A program made the translations under genes and the position numbers. Below, in pieces: positions 17,862 through 28,598 of a stretch of DNA of 64,000 nucleotides. Source of the stretch: an uncultured Gemmatimonadales bacterium (GTDB lineage: Bacteria > Gemmatimonadota > Gemmatimonadetes > Gemmatimonadales > GWC2-71-9); contig CAVVKJ010000017.1 in the NCBI GenBank assembly GCA_963748815.1, positions 63,567 to 127,566 of the forward strand, written 5' to 3'. The notes under the pieces are model-generated. The model did not search any database. It was given only the letters and a program-made list of their open reading frames with translations, and had not been told where the DNA came from. Within the stretch, counting starts at the first letter, position 1. Every line of letters starts with the position of its first letter.

Positions 17862-18104
17862 CTATTCGTCCCAGTCCCCGCCGCGCTTGCGGCGCGGCTT
17901 CGGATCGTCCTCGTCGTCGATGTCGAATTCCTCGTCGTCGAGATCGTCGTCGTCCTTTTCCTCGTCGTCGAGCTCCTCGTCGTCGAGATCATCCTCGTCG
18001 TCTTCTTCCTCAAAACTGAAACCATCATCCTCGAACTCGTCGGCATCCTCATCAAATCGCGGCTTCCGGCCCACGACCGCGGTCGACGTCTCCCAGGCCC
18101 ACAT
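17862..18104 (-). CDS. Small, extremely acidic (D/E-rich) hypothetical protein
   Basis: GGAGGGAG RBS; 80 aa dominated by DDEE repeats with a basic KPRRKR tail. Confidence 0.65.
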   Translation of the reverse strand: MWAWETSTAVVGRKPRFDEDADEFEDDGFSFEEEDDEDDLDDEELDDEEKDDDDLDDEEFDIDDEDDPKPRRKRGGDWDE

Positions 18105-18148
18105 GGCTCCCTCCGGTGAAAAAATGGCTGACAGGTGCGGCGTGAAAC

Positions 18149-20011
18149 TCAGGACGCGTCGGCCACGCGGCTGGCGCGGCTGGCCCGCTTCCGGTCGATT
18201 GCCGAGAGATTCCGCTTGCGGAGCCGGATCGTCTTCGGCGTGACCTCGATCAGTTCATCCTCCTCGATGTACTCGAGGCCGTACTCCAGCGTGATGTCCC
18301 TCGGCGGCTCCAGGATGACGTTGTCGTCCGACGCGGTGGTCCGCATGTTCGACAACTTCTTTTCCTTGGTGACGTTCACGTCGAGGTCGCCGGGCCGGCT
18401 GTTTTCGCCCGCGATCATCCCCTCGTACACATGGTCGCTCGGCGCCACGAACATCTGCGCCCGCTCCTGCAGGTTGCCGAGCGCGAAGGCGACCACGCTG
18501 CCTTCGCGGTCCGCCACCAGCACCCCCCGCTTGCGCCCGGCCAGCGGACCGGCCCACGGTCCATAGTCGAGGAACCGGTGGTGAATGAGGCCGGTGCCGC
18601 GGGTGTCGGTCAGGAACTCCGACCGGTAGCCGAAGAGGCCGCGCGCCGGAATCCGGAACATCATGCGGACCATGCCCTGCCCCGGATTCTTGAGCTCCAG
18701 CATTTCGCTGCGCCGGGGCCCGAGCTTCTCGATGACGGCGCCCATGTACTCCTCAGGCACGTCGATCATGAGCTCCTCGTACGGTTCCTGTCGCTCGCCG
18801 TTCGGGCCGACCTTTGTGATGACCCGCGGCCGCGACACCTGGAACTCGAACCCCTCGCGGCGCATCGTCTCCATCAGGATGGCCAGGTGCAGCTCGCCGC
18901 GGCCGGAAACGGTGTGCGTGTCGGGACTCTCGGTCGGCTCCACTTTCAGCGCCACGTTGCGCTCCAGCTCCTTGAAGAGCCGGTCCCGGACCTGGCGGCT
19001 GGTGACGAACTTCCCCTCGCGACCGGCAAAGGGACTGTTGTTGACGATGAAGTCCACCGAGATGGTGGGCTCCTCGACCGCGATCCCCTCCATCCGATCG
19101 AGGTGGTCGATCGCGGTGACGGTCCGGCCGATTTCGATCCCCTCCAGCCCGGCCAGGACCACGATGTCGCCCGCCACCGCCTCCTGGACCTCCACCCGGT
19201 TGAGCCCGTCGAAGGTGTAGAGCTTGGTGATCCGGCTCCGCTCCACCGCCTCCTCCGCCCCCACGAGGCCCGGGGCCCCGATCGGCAGCAGCGCCACCTG
19301 GTCGCCCACCCGAAGCGTGCCCCGCTCGATCCGCCCGATGCCCATCCGCCCGAGGAAGGTGGTGAAGTCGAGGGTGGAAATCAGCATCTGGAACGGACCG
19401 CTGGCATCGCTCGACGGCGGCGGCACGTGCCGGAGGATGGCATCGAAGAGCGGCGCCAGCTCGGTGCCCGGCTCGTCGAGTTCCACCGTGGCGGTCCCGT
19501 GGCGGCTCGACGTGTAGAGGAACGGCGCATCGAGCTGCTCGTGACTGGCCTCGAGATCGATGAACAACCCGAGCACCTCGTCGTGCACCCGCATCGGCTC
19601 CGCGTCCGGCCGGTCGATCTTGTTGATGGCCACGATGGGCAGCAAGCCCAGGTCCAGCGCCTTCCGGGTCACGAACCGCGTCTGCGGCATCGGCCCCTCG
19701 GCCGCGTCCACCAGGATCAGGACGCCGTCCACCATCCGCAGGATCCGCTCGACTTCGCCGCCGAAGTCGGCGTGGCCGGGGGTGTCCACGATGTTGATCT
19801 TGACGCCCTTCCACCGCACGGCCGTGTTCTTGGCCAGGATGGTGATGCCCCGCTCCCGCTCCAGCGGGTTGGAGTCCATGACGCGCTCGTCCACCTGCTG
19901 ATTGGCCCGGAAGGCCCCCGCCTGACGAAGCATCTGGTCCACCAGCGTCGTCTTGCCGTGGTCCACGTGCGCGATGATGGCGATGTTGCGAATCTGCTCT
20001 GTACCTGCCAT
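18149..20011 (-). CDS. typA: Translational GTPase TypA/BipA
   Basis: [48 protein letters not shown]. Confidence 0.98.
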   Translation of the reverse strand: MAGTEQIRNIAIIAHVDHGKTTLVDQMLRQAGAFRANQQVDERVMDSNPLERERGITILAKNTAVRWKGVKINIVDTPGHADFGGEVERILRMVDGVLILVDAAEGPMPQTRFVTRKALDLGLLPIVAINKIDRPDAEPMRVHDEVLGLFIDLEASHEQLDAPFLYTSSRHGTATVELDEPGTELAPLFDAILRHVPPPSSDASGPFQMLISTLDFTTFLGRMGIGRIERGTLRVGDQVALLPIGAPGLVGAEEAVERSRITKLYTFDGLNRVEVQEAVAGDIVVLAGLEGIEIGRTVTAIDHLDRMEGIAVEEPTISVDFIVNNSPFAGREGKFVTSRQVRDRLFKELERNVALKVEPTESPDTHTVSGRGELHLAILMETMRREGFEFQVSRPRVITKVGPNGERQEPYEELMIDVPEEYMGAVIEKLGPRRSEMLELKNPGQGMVRMMFRIPARGLFGYRSEFLTDTRGTGLIHHRFLDYGPWAGPLAGRKRGVLVADREGSVVAFALGNLQERAQMFVAPSDHVYEGMIAGENSRPGDLDVNVTKEKKLSNMRTTASDDNVILEPPRDITLEYGLEYIEEDELIEVTPKTIRLRKRNLSAIDRKRASRASRVADAS

Positions 20012-20171
20012 TGGCCCCTGCACTTCATGCGAGACTGCCCCTCAGACCCCATTCCACCCCACCCAACGGCGGCATATATAGCGGACTCCACGGGCCGGAG
20101 CAATGGTCAATTCCCCCGGGGCCGGACCCGGAAACCTCGCGAGGGAACGGGAGGCCCGCTACCTTGCCGGA

Positions 20172-21500
20172 ATGGACCCGTCCACCTCGCCCGCCGTCGG
20201 CACTGGCCTGCTCGCCGTCGTCCTCCTCGTCCTCGCCAACGCCTACTTCGTGGCGGCCGAATTCGCCCTGGTCGGGGCCCGGCGCACCCGGCTCGACGAA
20301 ATGGCCCTGGCCGGCGATCGGAAGGCCGTCCTGGCCCGCCGGGCCGTCCGCTCCCTCGACCGGTACATCTCCGCCACCCAGCTCGGCATTACCCTGGCCT
20401 CCCTCGGCCTCGGCTGGATCGGGAAGCCCGCCCTGGCCGGCCTCCTCGACGGGCTCTTCGCCTTCCTCCCCGAGACCGCCGCCGTCTGGACCACCCACGC
20501 CGTCTCGGCCGCCACCGCCTTCGCCATCATCACCGCCCTGCACATCGTCCTCGGCGAACTGGTGCCCAAGTCCCTGGCCCTGCTCTACCCGGAGGACGTG
20601 AGTCGGTGGGTGGCCGGCCCCCTGATCGGGTTCGGCTGGCTGATGGCCGGCCCCATTTCCCTGCTCAACGGCACCGCCAACTGGCTGCTCGGGCTCTTCA
20701 AGATCAAGCCCCGCGGCGACCACGAGCGCCTCCATTCGACCGAAGAGATCCGGATGCTCGTCGAGCAGAGCCAGGTCGGCGGGTCGATGGAGACGGAGGA
20801 CGCCCGGCTCCTCGAGGGGGTCTTCGAATTCAGCGAGAAGTCCGCTGAAGAGGTGATGACGCCGCGCACCCAGATCGTTGCACTCCCCGCCGACCTGCCG
20901 GTCACGGAGGCGGCCGACATCATCGCCGAGGCGGGGCGCTCGCGGTATCCGGTGTACGTGTCGAGCCTCGACGACATCGTCGGGGTAGTGCTCGCGAAGG
21001 ACGTGCTCCGCGCGCTCCGCGCTGCCCCCACCGCCACGGTCGGGAGCATCAAGCGGGAGCCGCTCTTCGTGCCCGGCTCCCGCGAGGTCGAGGACGTCCT
21101 CACCGACATGAAGCGGCTCAAGACGCACTTCGCCGTGGTCCTCGACGAATACGGGGGCACGGCGGGGCTGGTGACGATGGAGGACCTGCTTGAGGAGATC
21201 GTCGGCGAGATCTTCGACGAACACGACGTCCCGGAGGAGGCCACGGCGGCGGGGGGCGGGGCGCCGCTGCTCGACGGCGCCATGACGCTCTCGGAGTTCA
21301 ACGCCACCTGGGACGCCGACCTCGATGACCGCAACTACACAACGCTCGGCGGCTTCCTCTTTGGCGAACTGGGCCGCCTGCCACGGGTGGGAGACCGGAT
21401 CGTGGTGGGGACACGCACCTTCGAGATCGCGTCGATGGAGGGGCGGAGGGTGAACGAGGTGAGGATGACGGTGGAGGAGGGAAAAGAGAAAGGGACTTGA
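20172..21500 (+). CDS. Hemolysin/CNNM (HlyC/CorC) family CBS-domain protein
   Basis: FVAAEFAL, QLGIT..SL.LG, GELVPK, VMTPR, VLDEYGGTAGLVTMED, TTLGG. Confidence 0.93.
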   Translation: MDPSTSPAVGTGLLAVVLLVLANAYFVAAEFALVGARRTRLDEMALAGDRKAVLARRAVRSLDRYISATQLGITLASLGLGWIGKPALAGLLDGLFAFLPETAAVWTTHAVSAATAFAIITALHIVLGELVPKSLALLYPEDVSRWVAGPLIGFGWLMAGPISLLNGTANWLLGLFKIKPRGDHERLHSTEEIRMLVEQSQVGGSMETEDARLLEGVFEFSEKSAEEVMTPRTQIVALPADLPVTEAADIIAEAGRSRYPVYVSSLDDIVGVVLAKDVLRALRAAPTATVGSIKREPLFVPGSREVEDVLTDMKRLKTHFAVVLDEYGGTAGLVTMEDLLEEIVGEIFDEHDVPEEATAAGGGAPLLDGAMTLSEFNATWDADLDDRNYTTLGGFLFGELGRLPRVGDRIVVGTRTFEIASMEGRRVNEVRMTVEEGKEKGT

Positions 21501-21617
21501 GGACTTGGACGGGCGGAAGGAGAAAAGAGCAAGGCGGATTTCTCTGAACATCCTGAACCCCCCTTTTCCTTCGACTTTTCGCCCCTCCAAGTCCCTAGTC
21601 CTCTTTCTCCTTCCTCC
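21473..21617. repeat. Long imperfect inverted repeat (REP-like) between convergent genes
   Basis: GGACTTGGACGGGCG (21501-15) pairs with CGCCCCTCCAAGTCC (21580-94); purine-rich and pyrimidine-rich arms extend into both 3' gene ends. Confidence 0.6.
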
Positions 21618-22531
21618 CCTTTCCCGCCAGCCGCACCGCCAGTTCCAGCGCCGCCCGCATGCTGGACGGGTCCGCCTGCCCTGTCCCCGCGATGTCGAAC
21701 GCGGTGCCGTGATCGGGGCTGGTCCGCGGAAACGGCAACCCGAGCGTCACGTTCACCGCCTGCCCGAACGACGCCACCTTGATCGCGGTCATCCCCACGT
21801 CGTGATAGGGCGCCAGGACGGCGTCAAACTCCCCCCGCATCGCCCGCACGAAGACGGTGTCCGCCGGCAGCGGCCCGGCGGCACCGAGCGCCCGGGCGGC
21901 GGGCCGCGAGCACGCGGGCGTCCTCGTCGCCGAACAGCCCGCCTTCGCCGGCGTGCGGATTGAGCGCGCAGACCGCGAGGCGCGGGGCCGCGATGCCGAA
22001 CCACTTCCGCAGCGCCGCCTGCGTGACGCGACCGACGCGGACCACCCGGTCGTGGGTCACCAGCGCCGGCACATCGCGGAGCGCCACGTGCGTGGTCACG
22101 AGCACGACGCGGAGCCGCTCCGAGGCGAGCATCATCGCCACATCCACCCCGCCGGCCAGTTCCGCGAGCCACTCGGTATGCCCCGGCCACGCGAACCCCG
22201 CCTGGTGCAGCGCGTGCTTGTGCACCGGCCCGGTTACGATCGCGTCGACCTCGCCGGACAAGGCCAGGGCGGCCGCGCGCTCGATGGCGTGGCCGGCGAT
22301 CCGTCCCGCCTGCACCACGCGCGAGGGGCCCGGAGTCACGGAGAGCTGTTCTCCGGAGCCCAGGCCCCACGGTCCCACGATGATGCGATGATCGGCCCGG
22401 ACCGCGGCCACCTGGTCGTCCGCGCCGAGGACGGTGACCTCCGCGTCCAGCGGCGCGTCGAGGGCGCGGGCGATGACTTCCGGCCCGATCCCGCGTGGAT
22501 CGCCGAGCGTGACGGCGATCCTCGGCGTCAC
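21595..22531 (-). CDS. pdxA: 4-hydroxythreonine-4-phosphate dehydrogenase, frameshift near 21900
   Basis: [24 protein letters not shown] (ORF 21824); [26 protein letters not shown] (ORF 21595). Confidence 0.93.
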
Positions 22532-23841
22532 AGCGGCCGGACCTCGATGTGCGCCGATCGGCGCAGCTGCTCGACGTATCGTTGCTCGGCCAGCTGGACG
22601 CTCAGCATGTTGCGGATGCCATCGCGCACGTCGTCGTAGGAAATCTCCCCCTCCGGCGACACGTTGATCACGTAGGCCACGACGAACTTGCTGCGGTTAT
22701 TGGGTGCCTCGAGCATGAAGACGGGCACCACGGTGCCGGAGTCGGCGTTGGCCAGGGCGGCCTGGTAGGCCGGCGGGAGCTGGGCGAGCGCCACCTGCTT
22801 GGCCTCGCGCTCCTCGGCCTGGTCGTGATACACCCGCTGGAGGGAGTCGAACGACGCGCCGTTCCGCGCCTCGATCGCGATCAGGTCCGCCAGCTCGCGC
22901 GCCGCCTGCGCGTCGGCGTCGGTCACCGACGGCATGATCAGGATGTGGCGGACGTCGATTTCCGAGGGCTGGGTGCGCTTGACCTGGATGATGTGGTAGC
23001 CGAACGGCGATTCCACCGGAAAGGAGATGACCCCCACGCGGAGACTGAACGCCGCCTTTTCAAACTCGGGCGCCAGCGGCGGGCCGCGCCGCAACCAACC
23101 GAGGTCGCCCCCCTGCTCCCTGGACCCGGGATCCTGCGAAAACCGCCGCGCCGCCGTCGCGAAGTCGGCTCCCCCCCGCAGCGCCACCGCAATGGAATCC
23201 GCCTGCTTGAAGGCCGCAGCTTTCGAGGCCGAGTCGGCCCGGGGCGCCACCACGATCTGCTTGAAGGAGATGGTGGCGGGACGCTTCCCCAGCCGGCCCT
23301 TCTGCGTCTCGTAGAAGTCCCGCATCTGCTGTTCCGTCGGGGACACCGGCTTGAGTTTCTCCCGGTCGCGGAGCGAGGTCTTGAGCGCCTCCTCAAGCGC
23401 CTCCCGCCGCTGCTGATCGGTCAGCCACCGGCGGTATTCCTCCGGGCTGCCGAACCCCGCCTTCTTGAGCTCGTTGCGATAGTCCACCTCGCTGGTGAAC
23501 CCCTGCCGCACCCGCTTGATCTGCTGCTCCACCCGCGCGGCCACTTCCTGGTCGGTCACCTTGATGGAAGTATCCCGCAGCGCTTCCTGCACCATCAGTT
23601 CCTGGTTGATCAGCCGGTTGAGGGCCTCCTCCCGCAGGGCGCGCATCGCGGCGGAATCCCCCTCCGGAAGCTTGACCCCCGAGGCCTGCTGCGAGAAAAG
23701 CGCCTCGTCCAGCTGGGAGGCCAGCAACGGCTTGTTGCCGACCACAGCGACCACCCGGTCCACCACGACCGACTCCCCCTGCGCGGCCGCCGGAGCGGCC
23801 GCCAGGAGGATCAGGCACGCCAGCAGGAACGAGAGCCGCAT
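22528..23841 (-). CDS. surA: SurA-like peptidylprolyl isomerase/chaperone
   Basis: Signal peptide, VDRVVAVV SurA N-domain, parvulin motifs [24 protein letters not shown]; adjacent to pdxA. Confidence 0.85.
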   Translation of the reverse strand: MRLSFLLACLILLAAAPAAAQGESVVVDRVVAVVGNKPLLASQLDEALFSQQASGVKLPEGDSAAMRALREEALNRLINQELMVQEALRDTSIKVTDQEVAARVEQQIKRVRQGFTSEVDYRNELKKAGFGSPEEYRRWLTDQQRREALEEALKTSLRDREKLKPVSPTEQQMRDFYETQKGRLGKRPATISFKQIVVAPRADSASKAAAFKQADSIAVALRGGADFATAARRFSQDPGSREQGGDLGWLRRGPPLAPEFEKAAFSLRVGVISFPVESPFGYHIIQVKRTQPSEIDVRHILIMPSVTDADAQAARELADLIAIEARNGASFDSLQRVYHDQAEEREAKQVALAQLPPAYQAALANADSGTVVPVFMLEAPNNRSKFVVAYVINVSPEGEISYDDVRDGIRNMLSVQLAEQRYVEQLRRSAHIEVRPL

Positions 23842-25292
23842 CAGGGCTGGCTGGGAGCCGCCGCACCGATCGGCGGCGGGCCGGCCGCAGGCTGCACCGG
23901 GCCACCCTGGCCCGGCGCGCCGCCGGCACCCGGGGGCGCGGCCTGCTCCGCCGCCGCGGCCGAGGCGAGCTCGACCGCGCGGGTGATGCCAGGCTGGCTG
24001 ATCTTGCCGCCTTCCTGGTCACGCAGCACCTGGCCGAGAGCGCCCGGCAGCGGCCGCAGGCGAGCAGTCTGGGCAAAGACCTGGTTGAAGAAATCCTCCA
24101 CCCGGCCCTGCGCGACCCGCTCCCGCTCCGAGACGGCCGCGGAGGGGTCGATCACGTCGGCTCCGAGCCCGATGGTCAGCTTGAGGGTATCGATGACGCC
24201 CTGGTAGCTCGCTTCCATCGCCGCCCACTGGTCGGCCGGGAGCGTAATGCCGGCGGAATCCGCCTGGGCCAGCAACAGCTGGTTGGTGGAGAGCGCCTTG
24301 GCGAATTGCGTGAGCTGCTCGTCGCTCGCTTCCCGGACCTGCGAGGCGAACTGGGGAGGCAGTGCGCTCAGCCACCGGAGGTACTCGGCCACCGTCAGCT
24401 TGCCGCCCTTGTACTTCGAGATCGCCTTGCCGGACTTCCGCATGCCGCTCTTGTCAGCGAGGCCGGCCCGCATGAGCGCCGGGGCGTCTGCCGAAATCGA
24501 GAGGTCATACTGGATGGAAAGGCTGTCCATGTAGATGCTGTCGAGCCGCCGCGTGGCGTCCTGGGTCAGGTAGGCCACGACCTTGTCGCGGGAATCTTCC
24601 ATCGTGGGCCGACGGATGATATGGTAGCCGAAGGGCGTCTCGACCAGGCCGGAGGTCTGGCCGGGATTCAGGCGCCAGGCGGCGGAGTCGAACGCGGTCA
24701 CGTAGGCACCGGGCTTGGCCGGCGGCATCCAGCCACCGTTCGCCTTGCTCCCCGGGTCGTCCGACAGCTGCGAGGCGAGGAGGTCGAAGTTGGCCCCCTG
24801 CTGCAACTGGTTGAGCGCGAGCTGCGCCTTCTTCTTCGCCGCAGCGCGCTCTTCCGGTGCGGCGGTGGCCTGCACGCCGATGAGGATGTGCTGGAGGACG
24901 CGCACGGTGTCCGCGAGGTACATGCTGTCCGCAGCGCCGGGCTGCGGCTGCTCGCGCCGCGCGGCCAGGGTGTCGTACCAGATAGCGCCCTTGGCCTCGG
25001 CCACCTGCGGCCAGAGGACCGTGGCCACCATCGCCGAGTCGGTCTTGAGGGTCCCGCGGGCGACCGCCTGGGCGAACAGGGTGTAGTCGCTCCACACGGT
25101 GGCGATGAATTCGGCGGTCTCGGGATTCATCTGGGCGCCCTTGGCCTTCCCCATCATCTCGGCCAGTGCTTCGGCGGAGAGGGACTGGCCTGCGGCGGTG
25201 GCCGCCACGTCGGCATGAGCCGAGAAGAGGTCGCCAAAATTCGAGCAGCCCGCGAGCACGAGCACGCTGGCCGCCAGCACGATCCTGCGCAT
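23841..25292 (-). CDS. Parvulin-type peptidylprolyl isomerase lipoprotein
   Basis: Lipobox [27 protein letters not shown]. Confidence 0.85.
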   Translation of the reverse strand: MRRIVLAASVLVLAGCSNFGDLFSAHADVAATAAGQSLSAEALAEMMGKAKGAQMNPETAEFIATVWSDYTLFAQAVARGTLKTDSAMVATVLWPQVAEAKGAIWYDTLAARREQPQPGAADSMYLADTVRVLQHILIGVQATAAPEERAAAKKKAQLALNQLQQGANFDLLASQLSDDPGSKANGGWMPPAKPGAYVTAFDSAAWRLNPGQTSGLVETPFGYHIIRRPTMEDSRDKVVAYLTQDATRRLDSIYMDSLSIQYDLSISADAPALMRAGLADKSGMRKSGKAISKYKGGKLTVAEYLRWLSALPPQFASQVREASDEQLTQFAKALSTNQLLLAQADSAGITLPADQWAAMEASYQGVIDTLKLTIGLGADVIDPSAAVSERERVAQGRVEDFFNQVFAQTARLRPLPGALGQVLRDQEGGKISQPGITRAVELASAAAAEQAAPPGAGGAPGQGGPVQPAAGPPPIGAAAPSQP

Positions 25293-25325
25293 GTTCTCTC
25301 CAGTTTGGAAGTTCACCACGGGCCC

Positions 25326-28300
25326 CTAGGCCCGGACCATTTCGAGCGCGCGCACCAGCGCGGGGAGCAGGGCCTCGCCCCCGAGGCGCGTCAGCCGCAG
25401 GGAGAGCGGCACCGTGCGCCGGACATCGGCGGCGAGCTGCACGTCATCGAGCGCCGCCGCCAGCCCTGCCATGCGCGGAGCGGTGCCCGCGCGGAAGGTC
25501 AGGCGCGCCTCGTCGCCGCGAGCCACCACGTGTTGCAATCCGAGCCGGGCGCCGACCGCGCGCAACCGACTGAGGTTCAGCAGCGTTTCCGCCTCGGGCG
25601 GCAGCGGTCCGAACCGCTCCCGCAATTCCGCGCCAAGCCCTTGAATGTCGCCAGATGACCCCGCCCGCGCCAGTCGGCGATAGATGTCGAGCTTCGACTC
25701 GTCGTCCGCCACGTAGGTGTCCGGCAGCCGCGCCGGCGTGTCGAGCACCACCTCGGGTGGGGCCGGATCCTCCACCCCGCCCTTCCCCCGGAGCGACTGG
25801 ACGGTTTCCTCCAGCCACCGCATGTACAGGTCGAACCCGACCGCATGCGCATGGCCCGACTGTTCCGCGCCGAGGAGATTCCCCGCCCCGCGCAACTCCA
25901 TGTCCTTGAGTGCGATGCGGTACCCGGCCCCAAGGTCGCTGTTGTGCTCCAGGACCTTGAGCCGCTCCTCCGCCACCAGGTCGACCTCGTCGGGCGCCAG
26001 CAGGTAGCAGTAGGCGCGCCGGTGGCTCCGCCCCACCCTCCCCCGCAACTGGTACAGCTGGGCCAGCCCGAACCGGTGGGCGTCGTGCACCACCATCGTG
26101 TTCGCGTTCGGGACGTCGAGTCCAGACTCCACGATCATCGTGGAGACGAGGATGTCGAGGTCGCCCGCCACAAACTGCTGCATCACCGACTCGAGCTGGT
26201 CCGCCGGCATCTGTCCATGCGCCACCCCCACCCGGGCCCGCGGCGCGAGGGCCCGCACCCGGGCCGCGTAGGTGTCGATGGTGTCGATCCGGTTGTGCAC
26301 CATGAACACCTGGCCCCCGCGGTCGAGCTCCCGCGCAAACGCCTCCTCGAGCAGCGAGTCGTCCCAGGGCTCCACGAAGGTGAGGATGGGAGAGCGGTCG
26401 CGGGGCGGGGTCTCGATCAGCGTGAGGTCGCGCATCCCGGAGAGGGAGAGGTGCAGCGTCCGCGGAATCGGCGTGGCTGTCATGGTGAGCACGTCCACCG
26501 CCAACCGGAGTGCCTTGATCCGTTCCTTGTGCTTCACGCCGAACCGGTGCTCCTCGTCGACCACCAGGAGCCCGATGTCCTTGAACGTCACGTCCGGCGA
26601 GAGGAGCCGGTGCGTCCCGATCACGATATCCGTCTCGCCGGAGGCGAGCCGTCCCAGCGCCGCCTTCTGTTCCCTGGCGCTGCGGAACCGGGACAGGACC
26701 TCGACCTTGACCGGGAAGTCCGCCATCCGCTCCGTGAAGGTCCGGCCGTGCTGCTCGGCGAGGATCGTCGTCGGCACGAGCACCGCCACCTGCTTGCCCC
26801 CCTGCACCGACTTGAACGCCGCGCGGACCGCCACTTCGGTCTTCCCATACCCCACGTCGCCGACCAGCAGCCGGTCCATCGGGACAGGGCGCTCCATGTC
26901 ACGGCGGACCTCCTCGATGGCCTTGGCCTGGTCGGGGGTGTCCTCGTAGAGGAAGCTGGCCTCGAGCTCCCGCTGCCACTTGGTGTCCGGGGGGAAGGCG
27001 TATCCCGCCTGCACCGTTCGCCGCGCGTACAGGTCGAGCAGCTCCGCCGCCATCTGCCGGATCGCCTGCCGGGTCTTTTCCCGGGTCCGTTTCCAGGCCG
27101 GCCCGCCGAGGCGGTGCAGTTTGGGCGGCGGCCGGTCGCCGTCCTCGCCGGCGGAGCGGTAGCGCTCGAGCTGGTCGAGCCGATAGAGGGGCACATTGAG
27201 CCGGTCGCCCCCCTCGTACTCCACGACGGCGACCTCGAGGAGGCCGCCTCCGACCGTGATCGTGTCGATGCCCCGGTAGATCCCGATGCCATGGTCGAGG
27301 TGGACGACGTAGTCGCCGGCGGCGAGCGCCCCGGTGGCGGCGGTGGGCGCCGCCTGCCGGTAGCGACGAGGCCGCCGCAGCCGACGGGCGCGGCGGAAGA
27401 TCTCGTGGTCGGTGAGGACGCGGAGCGCCGGGAGGACGAACCCGCCGTCGAGCGCCCCGACCGCCATCGAGGCGTGCGGACCGCGATGCCCCTCGCTCAG
27501 CAACTCCTCGAGACGTTCGAGCTGCCCCTCGTTGTCGCAGAGGAGCAGGGTCGGCTGGCCCCCGGCCAGCAGGGCCCGGAGTCGCGGAATTTCCCGGTCG
27601 ATCCGCTCCGGCGGGAGGAATCCCATCTGGAGATCGACCGCCTCCTCACGCACCAGCACCCGCGCGAAGGCAGCCCGGCGCTCCCGCCAGCGCTCGGGCG
27701 ACTCGTAGAGGTCGCCCCGGCCGGGCACATCTTCCCCCATCCGTCGCGAGAGCTCGAGGTGATGCTCGGCCTCGGACCAGGCGCGGTCGACCTCGTCGGC
27801 ATCGGGCCCCTCGGCCTCCTCGACCAGCAGGGTGTCGGCGGCGAGCAGTTCGAGCAGCGAGCTCCGCGTGGGCGCGCGATGGTCGTCGGGCGCCGCGCCG
27901 CGCGGCGTTCCGCCGACCGGCAGCACCGTCACCTCGTCGAGGTCTTCGAGCGACCGCTGCGTCGTGAGGTCGAATCCGCGCAGCGAGGCGAGGACGTCGC
28001 CCCACCACTCGCAGCGCGCCGCCGTCGTCATGCCGAAGCCATAGACGTCCACGATACCGCCGCGCACGCTGAATTCCGCGACCTCGGTCACCGTGGGGAC
28101 GCGGCGATACCCCATCGACTCGAGAGCGGAGACCACCGCCGTGAGCCCGGGGGTATCGGTCCGCCCGGGGGCCAGCCGCAGGGTGGCCGCCCGCAGCCAG
28201 GCGGGAACACCGGTGCGCTCCGCCGAGGCGCGCGCCGTGGTCACCAGGATCCGGATCCGGCCCTCCACCAGCGCCTGCAGCGTCTCGACTCGTTCGCCGG

Positions 28301-28598
28301 CGATCTCGTGGTGCGGTTCCTCTTCGCCGAGCCCTTCCCGCTGCGGATACAGTGCGGTCGCCGCGTCGGTCAACCGCTGGAGGTCGCTGAGCCAGCGCTC
28401 GGCTTCCGCCGGGGTCGTCGCCATCACCGCGAAGAGGCGGTCGGGGTGGCGTCGCGCGAGCCAGGCCACGAGCGCGGCACCGCTGGAGCCCGGCAATCCG
28501 CCGAGGGCCAGGCGGCCGCCACGCCCGGGCAGCCGGGACGCCATCTCGAGGGCGGTTGGAGTCCGGTCGAGGGTGTCGAGCAGAAGGGCGAGGGTCAC
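25326..28598 (-). CDS. mfd: Transcription-repair coupling factor
   Basis: GD.VVH..HGIG, ETPDQ, GDVGYGKTEVA, DEEHRFG, QLRGRVGRS, TRCF C-terminal domain. Confidence 0.98.
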   Translation of the reverse strand: MTLALLLDTLDRTPTALEMASRLPGRGGRLALGGLPGSSGAALVAWLARRHPDRLFAVMATTPAEAERWLSDLQRLTDAATALYPQREGLGEEEPHHEIAGERVETLQALVEGRIRILVTTARASAERTGVPAWLRAATLRLAPGRTDTPGLTAVVSALESMGYRRVPTVTEVAEFSVRGGIVDVYGFGMTTAARCEWWGDVLASLRGFDLTTQRSLEDLDEVTVLPVGGTPRGAAPDDHRAPTRSSLLELLAADTLLVEEAEGPDADEVDRAWSEAEHHLELSRRMGEDVPGRGDLYESPERWRERRAAFARVLVREEAVDLQMGFLPPERIDREIPRLRALLAGGQPTLLLCDNEGQLERLEELLSEGHRGPHASMAVGALDGGFVLPALRVLTDHEIFRRARRLRRPRRYRQAAPTAATGALAAGDYVVHLDHGIGIYRGIDTITVGGGLLEVAVVEYEGGDRLNVPLYRLDQLERYRSAGEDGDRPPPKLHRLGGPAWKRTREKTRQAIRQMAAELLDLYARRTVQAGYAFPPDTKWQRELEASFLYEDTPDQAKAIEEVRRDMERPVPMDRLLVGDVGYGKTEVAVRAAFKSVQGGKQVAVLVPTTILAEQHGRTFTERMADFPVKVEVLSRFRSAREQKAALGRLASGETDIVIGTHRLLSPDVTFKDIGLLVVDEEHRFGVKHKERIKALRLAVDVLTMTATPIPRTLHLSLSGMRDLTLIETPPRDRSPILTFVEPWDDSLLEEAFARELDRGGQVFMVHNRIDTIDTYAARVRALAPRARVGVAHGQMPADQLESVMQQFVAGDLDILVSTMIVESGLDVPNANTMVVHDAHRFGLAQLYQLRGRVGRSHRRAYCYLLAPDEVDLVAEERLKVLEHNSDLGAGYRIALKDMELRGAGNLLGAEQSGHAHAVGFDLYMRWLEETVQSLRGKGGVEDPAPPEVVLDTPARLPDTYVADDESKLDIYRRLARAGSSGDIQGLGAELRERFGPLPPEAETLLNLSRLRAVGARLGLQHVVARGDEARLTFRAGTAPRMAGLAAALDDVQLAADVRRTVPLSLRLTRLGGEALLPALVRALEMVRA

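Noticed and set aside
17900..18050. TCGTCG-type periodic repeats as a CRISPR or tandem array
   Set aside because: They are Asp/Glu codons of the acidic ORF, with no repeat-spacer structure.
18431..20848. Long antisense ORFs (also 25845..28856, 35433..38828, 48938..51511, 59660..62470 upstream part, 31329..33500)
   Set aside because: Shadow frames of well-conserved genes in high-GC DNA, with no recognisable motifs.
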